Source: an uncultured Methanosarcinales archaeon (lineage in GTDB: Archaea; Halobacteriota; Methanosarcinia; Methanotrichales; Methanotrichaceae). From it: a DNA stretch of 64,000 nt. The stretch lies in assembly GCA_963843555.1 (NCBI GenBank), contig CAWJKV010000003.1:229800-293799 (forward strand). The letters run 5' to 3'. The position numbers and the translations under genes were made by a program. Shown here in pieces: positions 8,827 through 19,353 of this stretch; within the stretch, counting starts at the first letter, position 1; the number at the start of each line of letters is the position of its first letter. The notes under the pieces were generated by a model. It was not told the DNA's origin. It ran no database searches and was given only the letters and a program-made list of their open reading frames with translations.

Positions 8827-10227
8827 ATGAGAATTATTTCAGCGGAAGAGATGCAGGCCCTTGATTCTAATTGCAGGTATTTTGGCCTGCTTCCTCTCCA
8901 GCTCATGGAGAATGCAGGTGCGGCTTTAGCTCGCGAGGTGATGGGGCAAAGATCGGGAAAGAGGATCAAAATTGTCGCCGGCCGGGGCAATAACGGCGGC
9001 GATGCCTTCGTCGCCGCGCGCCATCTGGTCGGCCTCGATGTAACGGTCTATCTTCTGGGCCGTATCCCGGGATATCATCCACAGAAGAGGCGAAGAGGAA
9101 CTGGGAAATTCTGGAGAAGATGGACTACGATCTGCAGGAGATAAAGGACCCCATGGATATGTCGTTGGGGGAATGCGACCTGATCGTAGATGCCATTTTC
9201 GGAACGGGCGTGCGAGGCAGCGTCAAGGGACTGGAGGCCGGGGCAATCGATGCCATCAACTCCTCAGGAAAAACCGTGATCTCTGTGGATGTTCCGAGCG
9301 GTCTGGGCACCAATAAGGTCGTGCGGGCTGATGTTGTCGTAACATTTCACCGGCCCAAGCCCGATATGACCGGCAATGTCGTGGTTGCGGATATAGGCAT
9401 ACCACCTAGCGCGGAGTTCTTTGTGGGACCGGGCGATCTATGGCTGATGGGAAAAAGGACTCCCGGAGAGCCACAAGGGAGACAGCGGCAGGATTCTGGT
9501 AATTGGCGGCGGGCCATACACCGGCGCTCCGGCACTCTCGGCCCTGGCGGCTCTGCGGGCCGGAGCGGACATTGTCACTGTGGCCGCGCCCAGGACTGCA
9601 GCCAGGACCATCTCAGGCTATTCTCCCAACTTGATCGTTCAGGAGCTGTCGGCAGATCACCTCTGTCCTGAAGACATGACAGTTCTCAAGGAGCAGATCG
9701 CCAGGCATGATGTGGTGGTCATGGGCATGGGACTGGGAAGGCATCCGGAGACGATGGCAGCATTGGCCCAGATAATTCCTCTCGGCCAAGAAGTCGTCAT
9801 CGATGCCGATGCCCTGCAGCCGGATCTTCCTCTGAAGGGCATTGTGACGCCTCATGCAGGCGAGTTTAAGAGAATCAGCGGCATCTCTCTGGTCGATCTG
9901 GACTACCGGGAGCGAGTAGAGCCGCTGAAGGGCTATGCCCGCGAGAAGGGTCTGGTGGTTCTGCTCAAGGGGAAGGTCGATCTGATCTCGGATGGAGAGG
10001 TGGTGCGGGCCAATACCACAGGAAATCCAGGCATGACCGTTGGCGGAACGGGAGACGTTCTGGCCGGAGTTACAGCCGCTTTTTACGCTCGAACCTCCGC
10101 CCTACGGGCCGCGACTGCTGCAGCATTCGTCAACGGAAGGGCAGGCGATCTGGTCTACACGGAATTGGACTTTGGCATGGTGGCCACCGATGTGATCGAG
10201 AAGATTCCCCAGGCAATGAGGCTGTGA
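8827..10227 (+). CDS. nnr: Bifunctional NAD(P)H-hydrate epimerase/dehydratase (frameshifted)
   Basis: LMENAG, GRGNNGGD, DAIFGTG, VDVPSG, VIDADAL, TPHAGEF and GGTGDVLAG motifs across three ORFs. Confidence 0.9.
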
Positions 10228-10238
10228 GACCTTGACCG

Positions 10239-10705
10239 ATGATGGAGAAGCTGGCCGGAATGGTGGATATCACTGCCAAGCCGCCTCTTTTCAGGAAAGG
10301 CCACCGCCACGGGCACAATCCGGCTCAAGAGAGTCCACAATCGAGGCCATAAAAGCCGGGCAGGTGAAGAAAGGAGACGTCCTCGGCACGGCCAGGCTCG
10401 CTGCCATCCTGGCAGTCAAGGACACGCCCCGTTTGATTCCCACTCTGCCATCCCATCCCCATCACCGGGCTGGAGGTGAACTTCGAGCTGGAGGGGAGAG
10501 AGTGCGGGCCACAGTCACTGTGACATCAGTGGGCAAGACGGGCGTGGAGATGGAGGCCCTGACAGGGGTGGCCGTAGCGTTGCTCAATGTCTGGGATATG
10601 GTCAAGTACCTGGAGAAGGACGAGACGGGAAACTATCCGGAGACGGAGATAGAGGAAATCCGGGTGTTGCAGAAAAAGAAAGTGCGCAAAAGAATTGAGC
10701 CATGA
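10239..10705 (+). CDS. moaC: Cyclic pyranopterin monophosphate synthase MoaC (frameshifted)
   Basis: MVDITAK start region, KKGDVL, KTGVEMEALTG and WDMVK motifs. Confidence 0.88.
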
Positions 10706-10803
10706 GTTCTTTCACAGCATCTCTTGTCCTGCAGCAAGATCTGGCAGCTTCTCGCCTGACTCCGATCAGACATGATGATTATCAACAGTGTCTATGAACA
10801 AGG

Positions 10804-11042
10804 TCAATTCAAGAGCTGAGTAAACTCCTCTCTTGACATATTTGCTTGCTGAAGAATCGATAATAGCACGCCTTTTGGCATCTTATCCCTTTTTGGAATT
10901 ATGACCAAAGCTTTCGTCCCTTCTCATCGAGCTTAAAAAGCGCCGTATGACTACCTTTTCCTCTCTTGGGTGCGATATCGAATCCCGCCTTTCGAAGGGC
11001 TTTGATAATCTCCTGCGAGGAAAGAGCGGGGAGCCTCGTTAT
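10804..11042 (-). pseudogene. hicA: HicA-family toxin (no ATG start, one frameshift as assembled)
   Basis: Manual translation: (I)TRLPALSSQEIIKALRKAGFDIAPKRGKGSHTALFK... then, after a shift, LVIIPKRDKMPKGVLLSILQQANMSREEF. The GSH motif is present and the gene overlaps the hicB stop. Confidence 0.75.
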
Positions 11043-11275
11043 GCGAATACCTCTATCTGGGCGGTGAATTTGTGGGATGAGTTCAGGGCAGCATTAAGAT
11101 CTTCCAGCATCCCCAACTCCTTTGCATTTTCCAAATAAAGCTCCACAGCCTCCTTCAGGTTGCACAGGGCCTCATCTGGGGTGTCGCCACAGCTTGCGAC
11201 TCCCGTTTCCGGAGACTTGGCTACGTAGACTCCCTCCTCTTCCCAAATTGTAGCCGCCAAGCTTAGTTTCTTCAT
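11039..11275 (-). CDS. hicB: HicB-family antitoxin
   Basis: EEEGVYVAKSPETGVASCGDTPDEALCNLKEAVELYLE is the HicB N-terminal signature. Confidence 0.85.
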   Translation of the reverse strand: MKKLSLAATIWEEEGVYVAKSPETGVASCGDTPDEALCNLKEAVELYLENAKELGMLEDLNAALNSSHKFTAQIEVFA

Positions 11276-11412
11276 CCTTACCGACCTCGTTTACACATTG
11301 GAATAATTATAGACACTCTAGCTTCTTCAATCCTTCGCATTGCTTGATCCTAAATCCTCAAAATCGATCCATATGAATACAATTAAGGTTCCGCCTTAGA
11401 TTGGTAAAGCAC

Positions 11413-12754
11413 TCAGGCTTTTATCCCAAACTCCGGCAGCCTCTCTCTCGCCGCCTCGCGGGCCTGCTGGTGCTCGCGCAGGAATCTTTCGATTCTCTCC
11501 GCCACATCCTTCTTGCAGGTTCCGCACATGCGCCTGCCGCTGCGGCATTCTGCGTCCAGCTCCAGGAGTTCTTTGTCGTCGTCAGAGAGATGGAAGACCA
11601 GAAACTCGTAGATGGAGCACTTTTCCGGCTCGCCTCCCAGCTTCTTTTGCTCTGCCAGGCTCTGTCGGCCACCTGTGATGGCCCGCATGATCTTCTTGGC
11701 CGCCTCTTTGGGATCTTCCGTCAGAGCGATATGGCTCTCCGGCTTGGAGGAGGACATCTTTCCTCCGGTCAGGCCCGTCATGAACCGGTGGTAGATGGAG
11801 GCAGGAGGTATGAAGCCGTAATGCCCATGCTCAATTTCCAATTTTATTATGAGCCGGTCGATCTGCTTCCAGAAGACGCATCTGATGCCAGGCCATTCAT
11901 CGATCTCGGAGATCTCTGTGACATCGATGTGCTCCTCGTACCGCTTCACCCTTCCCAATCCCATTTCCTTCAGGGCCGATTCCGCCGCCTGCATCAGCTC
12001 CTGGCTGGCCGCTTTGCCCCGGATGCTGATGTAATCTTCTCGTCAGCTCCACCAGAAACTTTCTCATGCGATAGGCCAGGTCGCGGGTGAGCTTGATATG
12101 AGGATCTTGATCAGCCCCTACCGGGATGACGACTGGCTTTGGTCCGCCGAATTCCTCTAATTGAGGATGAAGGATGTCTGCACTCTGGGCCATGACGCTC
12201 TCCATGTGAGAGATATGGGTCTCGCCGGAAAATCCATAGATGGCACTGACCTCGGAGAAGTTGGCCTCTCTGCCCAGCTCAAAGGCCAGATTCCTCATCT
12301 TGTAGTTCTCCGACTGGAAGTAGATATGGCTGTTCTCTTTTGGCTCAAAGCCCAGGGCGATGAGGCTGAGGATATACTCGTTGATGCCCAGGATTCTGCA
12401 TTTCTCCCAGCTTATGCCCCGCACGGCATGAGCTTCCATATCGGCGATAGCTGCAAAAGCGTCCCCTCCCTGCTGCTGGTGCCAGATGATCTCGTTCATG
12501 ACCATCATGTGGCCGAAATGAGCTCTGCCGGAGGGCATGAAGCCGCTCATGACGGCAAAGGGCTCATGCCTTTGCATGGCACGAAGAACTGAGTCGTAGT
12601 TTCTGTGGCCGAAGATGATCTTGCGCGCCATGTAGGGATGAGGCTCTTTAAGCTCGGGAAGGATATCATCAAAGCTCGATATGCCAAACTCCTCAAAGAG
12701 CTTGGTGTAATCGTCTACATGAACTGCGCCCCAGGGATCAAGCTTCAATTCCAT
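11413..12754 (-). CDS. trpS: Tryptophanyl-tRNA synthetase, archaeal type (frameshifted near 12040)
   Basis: [25 protein letters not shown] and GKMSSS motifs. Confidence 0.95.
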
Positions 12755-13216
12755 GGCCCAAGGGAGTGAAAACGATGATATATCTATCTTCTCATTGTTA
12801 TTTTGAGGCTTGATCCCTGTCATAGTCAAGATTGAAATAGCAATATTATTAAGTGTATCTTTATGCGCGACTGGTCAGTAATATATTCTAGCATTATTTC
12901 ATAATATCTATGCTACCTGTATCATTCCAATATTATTACTGTATTATTATAATATTATTTGATATTTTCCTATATTATATTATCTATTACAGATATTTAT
13001 GAATGATATTCACCCCCCTTACGAATGAGCAGGTCGAGAATTCCATTTTTTTGGATCTATGAATTGAAAGATATATTATCATTATGCTGAAGGAATATCT
13101 TTACGCAGTTGCATATTTATAGCATAATCTTAGGCTCAAGAAACAATAAGTAGTCGAGAAATAAACTATTTATATCATAGGGTATTTGTTATATCTAAAA
13201 ATAGAATGAGGTCGTT

Positions 13217-13612
13217 ATGAGACAATTCTCTGTAAAAGTTCTGGATGATGCAGACAGGGAGTTCGTAGAGGTTCTGCGAGAACTCAGCATTCCCAGAAAT
13301 GTGGCCAGTATGATCACCTATCTAGCCAATGTGGAGGAGGCCACCTCTCGGGAGATAGAGATCGGCTCGAACCTGCGTCAACCAGAGGTGAGCATTGCTA
13401 TGCGCACGCTGCGCAACAACAACTGGGTGGAGGAAAGAGAGATCAAGAAGGACGGAAAAGGCCGGCCCATGAAGGTCTACAGGCTTACTATATCCTTAGA
13501 CGAGATCATAAAGCACTTTGAGGATGAGAAGCGAAAAGAGTCGGCCAAGACCCAGGAGAGCATCGAAAAGCTCAAGGAGCTAAGTCGGGGCTTGAGCGTA
13601 ACGCCAACATAA
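13217..13612 (+). CDS. Winged-helix (ArsR/MarR-like) transcriptional regulator
   Basis: ATSREIEIGSNLRQPEVSIAMRTL..GKGRPMKVY helix-turn-helix with wing; TATA-like tttatata upstream. Confidence 0.85.
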   Translation: MRQFSVKVLDDADREFVEVLRELSIPRNVASMITYLANVEEATSREIEIGSNLRQPEVSIAMRTLRNNNWVEEREIKKDGKGRPMKVYRLTISLDEIIKHFEDEKRKESAKTQESIEKLKELSRGLSVTPT

Positions 13613-13744
13613 TGCAAAGCAAAATAGCAAAAATGTAATGAGAATTTCTAAGAGATGAGATGGCAAAAAGGCATCCCATCTCCATAATCGTTCCTGTGCT
13701 TCATGAGAGCTCTGCTTTGGCCAGCGATAAACACTACGAAGGAT

Positions 13745-13867
13745 TTATTTCTCTTCTTCTCCCCTACCCCGGAGGTCATCGAGGTTCTCTTCCATGAGCT
13801 TCTTGCTTTTGGTCTCTTCCTTTTTGCCACCCTTTCTCTCGGTATTTCTTTTCTTAAAATCAGCCAA
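13745..13867 (-). CDS. Small highly charged protein (40 aa), not in ORF track
   Basis: TTG start preceded by AGGTGA; MADFKKRNTERKGGKKEETKSKKLMEENLDDLRGRGEEEK*. Confidence 0.5.
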   Translation of the reverse strand: MADFKKRNTERKGGKKEETKSKKLMEENLDDLRGRGEEEK

Positions 13868-13917
13868 GAATCTCACCTATATCTCATCCACTCCGGGAAC
13901 TGTAATTAACCTTTCCA

Positions 13918-14807
13918 TCATTCTTCCATCACTGCCAAATAGGCCCACTGGTCATAAATTCCCCTGGAGTCGCGATTATCGATTACCCTGCCCTTCCAGC
14001 CGGCTTCCCCAAGCGCCTTCGCGATGAGTTCCGCTTCTTTTTGCGTGTAAACGGTAAATAGAACCCTCTTTTTCGCGAGGCTGGAGGCTTTGAGGAGAAT
14101 GTCCCTCCAGAGAGGCCAGTTGAAATCATCTATCAGTCCCACCATGAATCCCAGAACGGTATGAAACGACCGGGCTGGAAAGATGTCGGGCAAGAGCCTG
14201 GCATCCAGGACGAAGCATCTTTTGGGATCCAAAAGTTCGCTCTTCAAGGACCAGGCACAGATCGCAGCGATCGGAGTCCATGGAGAGAGGATGCTGCCCC
14301 AGGCGAACAAGCGCCTGTGTGGCCATGCCGCTGCCGCAGCAGATCTCCAGGATGCTTTCATCTTTGGGCAGTATCGGTTGCAGGAAAGCTGATTAGCCTC
14401 TCGATTCTCTCTTCTACGTAAAGAGGCGCTCCTTTCAGAGAGCAGCTCTCGCAGAAAAGCTCTCCTGCCAGAGAATTGGAAAAGTATTCCGTCAGAGCCA
14501 GGAAAAAATCGTCCTCATTTGCCTGCACCGTCTTGATGATCTTCGATCTCCATTTCCCGGCATGATCCTGCAAAATTTTGCGGGAGGAATATTTATCCGT
14601 CAGCAGCAGCCAGAACTCTGCCGGCTCGGATAGGTGCAGGGCAAAGCCCAGATCTTTGATCTCGATGCAGGCATCTGCATCCAGCCCCTCCTGCAGTATC
14701 TCGGTAGTGACGGGCAGCTCCAGCAGATCTTGCCAGGACTCTTCTGCGAGAAATATACTCTCCTCTTCTCCCAGGTCCAGTAGACGATTTAGTAGCACGA
14801 GACCCAT
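13918..14807 (-). CDS. Class I SAM-dependent methyltransferase-like protein (frameshifted)
   Basis: Fragments join; LEICCGSGMATQAL SAM-binding-like motif read across the shift. Confidence 0.6.
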
Positions 14808-14899
14808 CTCTTTTGGCCCCCGGAATATCAAGCTTCTCACTTCATGCCGCCTCATGCCGCCGGAACAGATATATTATATTCCTGGCAAAATGGGGCTGT

Positions 14900-16909
14900 T
14901 TGAAACTGGTAGATCTGCCCGGCGTGGGCTCTCGCATAAGAGAGCGCCTCTTGGAGCAATACGGGGACGAGGAAAAAGCCCTGCAGGCGGTCTTGAATGC
15001 AGATGTGGCCGGCCTGTGCAGGGCCTTGAGCGAACGCCAGGCACTCTCCTCTTGGTGCAGCATGCCAGGGGTTTGAAGTATGCCGTCACGCCCGAGCAGT
15101 TCCTGGCCACGGATGAGGCGGCCAGGATCCAACAGATGCTCATCTCCCGCCTGGCAGGCTATGCACATACCGAATATGCCCGGCTCAAGATCGGCACTCT
15201 GTTTGCCTCTTCGTCAATGGAGCTTCTGGCCGAGAACCGCAAGTTGCGTCCGGCAGCGCTTGAGACGGCAAAGAAGGTGCAGGGACAGGGCCTGGAGGAG
15301 CTGCTGAAAAAAATCCGGCCGCTGCGGGAGAAGGCATCTTCCAGGGTCAGGGAGAGGGCGGTGGCCGCCACCTCGGCCGAGGCCTTTCAGAGGCTGAAAG
15401 CGCGAGGGTCTGGATAGATTGATAGATCTTCATTTGGCAGAAAGCCCGGCGGAATTGATGGACCTGGCCAGGAGCTACAGCCACGTCTGCCTGGTGGGCG
15501 AGGATATGGAGGGACCCGCAGGAGCTGGAGCTGGCCGAGTCTTTGGAGGAGTGGTATCTGGTGCCCGAGGCGGTCCTGGGATTTTATAAGGAAAATTTAG
15601 AGTACTCTGCTGGCCGCAGTCGAGGCGGCTTCCAGGCTGCAGGCTGCGGGGATTGACTGATTTTCGGAATGGGAGGACTTGCAGAAGCTGATCTCGCAGA
15701 TTGAATGAGAGCGGGGACGGTGAAGGAGAACGTCTGGACAGATTGGCGGCGCGGCTGGGCGGGTGCGTGAGCGAGGCCGTCTCCTGGGCCAATGAGGAGC
15801 TGAAGAGAAAGATCGAGAAGAGCTCGCTGACCTTGGGCGGGACGGATCTGCTCCTGGTCATGAGCCGGGGAGAAGGCGTGCGGGAGCTCTTGGAGGTGCA
15901 GATGAAGGGCGTCTTTGCAGGAGGTCTTGCGGGAGGCAAAATTGCGCGCTGCCCGGCGATCTGGAGCTGCAGGGAGTCGGAGACGGTGTGGCTGGATGAG
16001 ATCTTCTCGGCTGAGGTCAGCTATCCTCTGGAGCTGGACCGACAGGCTTTGCGCTCCTTTGAGCAGGATCTAAGAAGCCGGAGGGAAGGACGGGGCTTGA
16101 GGGCAAGAAGGGAGACTGGCCCGGGGCCTGGACGGCCAGAAGGATAAGGCCAGCGGCACTGGTCCATGCGCTGATGGAGTTTGACTTCGCCTATGCCCTG
16201 GGCTGCTTTGCCCTGGCGGAGAATCTCACCTTTCCCGAGATCGCCGAGGAGCCGTGCCTCTGTTTTGAGGAGGGCCACCATCTCTTTTTGGAGAAGCCGG
16301 ATGCCGGTGAGCTACTCCCTGGGCGCGGCCGAGCACAAGGAGACGGTGGCCCTGCTCAGCGGCGTCAACTCGGGCGGCAAGACCTCGTTGCTGGATCTGA
16401 TCGCCCAGATCGTCATCCTGGCGCACATGGGCCTGCCCGTGCCTGCCCGAGCCTGCAGGCTCTGTCTCTTTGAGGAGATGTACTACTTCAGCAAGAGCCG
16501 TGGCACTCTCTCTGCCGGGGCCTTCGAGACGGCCATGAAGAAGTTTGCCGTGGTGGAGAATCAGAAGAGAAAGCTGGTCCTGGCGGACGAGCTGGAGGCC
16601 ATCACCGAGCCGGGAGCCTCGGCGCGCATCATCGCCTGCATGCTGGACGAGCTGAACCGGCGCGACTGCGTGGCCATCTTCGTCAGCCACCTGGCCGAGG
16701 ATGTGCGCCGCTTTGCCGAGACACCGGTGCGGGTGGACGGGATAGAGGCGGAAGGGCTGGATGAGAACAACTGCCTTGTGGTGAACCGAAGCCCGCGATA
16801 CAATTATCTGGCGCGCAGCACTCCCGAGCTGATACTGGACAGGCTGGTGCGCTCCACCAAAGGGCCGGAGCGGGAGTTTTATGCCAGACTGCTGGCGAAG
16901 TTTAAGTGA
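14900..16909 (+). CDS. Archaeal MutS-related protein with N-terminal helix-hairpin-helix and C-terminal MutS ATPase (several frameshifts)
   Basis: LVDLPGVG HhH; LSGVNSGGKTSLL Walker A, SAGAFE, LVLADELEAITEPG Walker B, FVSH. Confidence 0.8.
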
Positions 16910-17004
16910 AGCATAAAGAAATTGATGGCGGTGCACGGGCGAAGTTTGTTGTTGCGGATCGGCTCAAGGTGCTCCTTTTATATTCTTGAGACCAGGCTAT
17001 TTTT

Positions 17005-17222
17005 ATGGAAATCTGGCAGATAGTCGTGATCTGTATTCTCATGATCCCCCTCTTCCTGGTCGCCAACTACATCATCGTCAAGAAGATGGCCGCGAACAGA
17101 AGAGTCGCGACGACCGGATCGAGCGGGCCGTCTCCGACAGCGTGGCGGCGAGCTATGCTGACAAGGGGCTGCCCCGCCAGAGCTGGCCCAAGTATAAGGC
17201 GGCGAGGAAGAGGAAAAAATAG
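17005..17222 (+). CDS. Small single-TM membrane protein with basic tail (frameshifted)
   Basis: MEIWQIVVICILMIPLFLVANYIIVKK joins DDRIERAVSDS...KAARKRKK in the adjacent frame. Confidence 0.45.
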
Positions 17223-17585
17223 CAATTTGGCCGCAGGATTTGACCGATAGATATATAGTCCAGAAGGTATCTCTTTAATAGGCTTCATTGCATTGATTTG
17301 GAAATGGCAGAGGCAGCAACACTTGGTCTCAAGAATGATGACCAACATGAGGCTCCCTTAAACGAGACGGATCTTATTAAAACGACTTGATCATTATATT
17401 ATCACTTCAGTTTTAAAAATAGCATTCTTCGTTTAGCGCCTCTGCATCCGGTTGGAGTATCTATCTGGAAGGCTTTACAGCAGATAGACTCAACTTGTTT
17501 TCAGATCCTCGCTCAGTAGAGCTTCAACCAAAATTGAGGGCATCGCCCTATAGGGCATCGCTCTAATATCATTAAGAGGCAATAA

Positions 17586-18854
17586 ATGTCATTTGGAAAT
17601 TTAAATATCATAGATCCGCTCTTGCGAGCGCTGGCCAAAGAAGGATACACCACACCCACGCCGATTCAGATGCTGGCCATACCTCCTCTGCTGGATGGAA
17701 AAGACCTGGTGGGCATCGCTCAGACGGGCACGGGCAAGACGGCAGCATTCGTCCTGCCCATACTGCAGAAGATGATGGAGGTGCGCAAGTCTTCTCCACC
17801 GGGAGTTCCACGCGTACTTGTGCTCGCGCCTACCCGTGAGCTGGCTGCCCAGATAGGTCAGAGCTTTGCCACATATGGTCAGTTTCTCCGCTTCAGGCAA
17901 TTGGTCATATTCGGCGGGGTCCGCCAGGGGCCGCAGGTCCAGACGCTCTCCCGGGGAGTCGATATCCTCATCGCCACACCAGGGCGGCTGCTCGACCTGA
18001 TGAATCAGGGTTACATACAACTGAAGGGCGTGGAGTTCTTCGTCCTGGACGAGATCGACCGTATGCTTGACATGGGTTTCATCAAGGATGTGCGCCGGGT
18101 GGTCTCAGCGTTGCCTGAGAAGCGCAATTCACTATTCTTCTCAGCCACAATGTCTCCCCAGACCAGCGAGTTTGCGGAGAGCTTTCTCCATAATCCTGTG
18201 CATGTAGAGGCAGCCCATACTACGTGCACTCTGGACTGTATCGATCAGAGCGTCTTCTTTGTGGATCAGAACTCCAAGAATTCCCTGTTGCTGGAGCTTC
18301 TCAGAGATGGAGATATGGACCGCGTTCTGGTCTTCGCCCGCACGAAACACCGGGCGGACAAAGTTGCCATGATGCTGGAAAAGAACCGGGTCCGGGCGGA
18401 TGCCATTCACGGCAACAAGTCGCAAAACCAGCGCACCAAGGCCATGCATAACTTCAAATCCGGTCACATCCAGGTACTTGTGGCAACGGATATTGCGGCG
18501 CGCGGTATCGATATCGATGACATTACTCATGTCGTAAATTACGATCTGCCCAACGAGCCGGAGAGCTATGTTCACCGCATCGGCCGCACCGGGCGGGCAG
18601 GCGCGAGCGGCACGGCATTCTCGTTCTGCGCTGCAGATGAGCGCAGCTTCCTGAGGGATATCGAGAGGCTCACCCGGGAACAGATAAAGGTGGCAGAGCA
18701 CCAGTTCCATTCCGAAAAAGCCAAGATGGCGACGGGTTTGGCTGCAAAGCCGGTCCCACCCGGCAGATCGAGGGTCACACAGAGATCGATCCAGACGAAG
18801 AGCATGGGAAAATCTGCTCCTCGCAGATCGCACTCTGCCAGAGTAGCCTGCTGA
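17586..18854 (+). CDS. DEAD-box ATP-dependent RNA helicase (RhlE-like)
   Basis: Q motif, AQTGTGKT, PTRELA, TPGRL, DEID, SAT, ARGID and HRIGRTGRAG. Confidence 0.95.
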   Translation: MSFGNLNIIDPLLRALAKEGYTTPTPIQMLAIPPLLDGKDLVGIAQTGTGKTAAFVLPILQKMMEVRKSSPPGVPRVLVLAPTRELAAQIGQSFATYGQFLRFRQLVIFGGVRQGPQVQTLSRGVDILIATPGRLLDLMNQGYIQLKGVEFFVLDEIDRMLDMGFIKDVRRVVSALPEKRNSLFFSATMSPQTSEFAESFLHNPVHVEAAHTTCTLDCIDQSVFFVDQNSKNSLLLELLRDGDMDRVLVFARTKHRADKVAMMLEKNRVRADAIHGNKSQNQRTKAMHNFKSGHIQVLVATDIAARGIDIDDITHVVNYDLPNEPESYVHRIGRTGRAGASGTAFSFCAADERSFLRDIERLTREQIKVAEHQFHSEKAKMATGLAAKPVPPGRSRVTQRSIQTKSMGKSAPRRSHSARVAC

Positions 18855-18869
18855 TTGGGCTGTTGGATA

Positions 18870-18918
18870 GGGCTATTTTGTGATAGAAAAATAGCCCGCT
18901 ATTTTTTTAAATTTTTGA
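18870..18918 (+). terminator. Hairpin plus T-tract terminator after the helicase
   Basis: gggctatttt...aaaatagccc followed by T runs. Confidence 0.6.
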
Positions 18919-19028
18919 TTACGGGCCTCGCATGTGCGCATACGGTACGGGCGTGCGCATGTGGGCGCGGCCCCGCCCGGGCGAGCGTGGCGGGCTGCGT
19001 GCAGATGGCTGCACTTACGAGCCTGGGT

Positions 19029-19116
19029 TCAGTTTGCCTCCAGCTCCTTGGCCCTGGCGAAGGCGGCCTCGGCTTCTGTCGGTCCTTCCGAGGGCCTCAA
19101 GAGCAATGGCTTTGTT
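19029..19116 (-). pseudogene. Orphan C-terminal TPR-protein fragment
   Basis: Reads NKAIALEALGRT(T)EAEAAFARAKELEAN* with one indel. Resembles a final TPR capping helix; no upstream gene body. Confidence 0.5.
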
Positions 19117-19353
19117 TTGAACTCTTCAATATCTTTGCCTTAGCAGAATTTCGGGGAAATCTTCCCGATTCACCTAGATATTCTAGCCATCCCAATCGCC
19201 GAATTGGTTTGAGCCTAATCCAGTAAAAGTCTTGTATGTAGCCAAATCAGGCTTTTCGGCATCACCTATGCATTTTTCCTGTTATCCGCTGGCATGATTG
19301 CAACAAAAATGTGCTTTAATCCAAAGCGACCATAATAGGAAAGAGGCTTTTGT

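Noticed and set aside
11413..12754. trpS as a pseudogene or programmed frameshift
   Set aside because: Essential gene, and similar indels are scattered window-wide, so assembly error is more likely.
12830..13216. Replication origin
   Set aside because: AT-rich, but no ORB-like boxes recognised and no cdc6/orc1 adjacent.
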